Shown here: piece after piece, positions 63,414 to 64,000 of the stretch
How the letters are laid out: each line of letters starts with the position of its first letter
How positions within the stretch are numbered: position 1 is the stretch's first letter
Assembly (NCBI GenBank): GCA_963924565.1
Contig: OZ004611.1
Location: forward strand, 26,412,001-26,476,000
Length of the DNA stretch: 64,000 nt
Direction of reading: 5' to 3'
Source of the DNA: Ascidiella aspersa
Taxonomy: Eukaryota
The notes under the pieces: model-generated
Told to the model about the DNA's origin: nothing
What the model saw: only the letters and a program-made list of their open reading frames with translations
Database searches by the model: none
Program-made: the position numbers and the translations under genes

Positions 63414-64000
63414 GTAATGCTGGTGTATACGAATGCAGTTTATTGTCGATATTTTAATTTAATTGTTTTAAAAGGTTTGATTAGTTGTATTTCGAATTGG
63501 TCGAAATTGTCTCCGGCTACGAATTTTTGGTTTCAAAATATTAAGCCAAGATGTATCGTGCATGGATTTTTAACCGTGGCCCTCGCCCCGATGGGGGAAC
63601 GGAGTAGATTTCATGGCCCCAGCATATAATATTTCAAAACACTAGTCAGTTAAATCAAAATTGATGTTTTATTTTAATTATTATTTCTACTGTGACGTGG
63701 CGTATGTTTTTGAAACGTGAATATGGTGGCGGGATAAAATGTTCAGCACACATTAAAGAGGCTACCATCCTCAAAAGGACGAGTAGCCACTAGTGTAGTG
63801 GAGCCCGTACGGATTTGAAATATTTTTGTATTAAATTTATTATGACATATTTTTCTTTGTTGATTTCGCGCCAAGGGACACTCAAACATTTCGATTGCGC
63901 ACAGCATTTCCCGATTCAGCACATATATAATCCACGAATTAAAATGATATATATCGTTAATAGATATTTAATGTGCATTAATAATAGGCCGCTCAAATGT

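Overview
AT-rich, intron-rich animal genomic DNA. The compact MITE-filled introns suggest an invertebrate chordate such as an ascidian, but the taxon cannot be proven from this window. Four spliced protein-coding genes were reconstructed by hand from GT/AG sites and reading phase: (1) the 5' part of a secreted CAP-domain (PI16/GLIPR/CRISP-like) gene on the minus strand, running off the left edge; (2) a complete GOLPH3 on +; (3) a complete ~48-exon TEP1 (TROVE-vWA-DUF4062-NACHT-WD40) spanning ~42 kb on +; (4) the 5' part of an EF-hand gene, probably EFCAB6, with an RFX X-box upstream. Introns hold many hAT MITEs with 8-bp TSDs, fold-back elements and a tRNA-derived SINE. Most notable: six short fold-back loci in TEP1 introns, five of which carry intact or decayed minimal hammerhead ribozyme cores of the Penelope-like type. 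The intact cores lie antisense to TEP1 and every sense copy is damaged. Also notable are a multi-hairpin/pseudoknot RNA candidate ending in T6 in TEP1 intron 3, local tandem duplications that copy TEP1 splice sites, and a probable GC-AG intron. Most ORFs in the supplied track are spurious or are exon fragments read into introns. Coordinates were counted by hand and may be off by a few nt.
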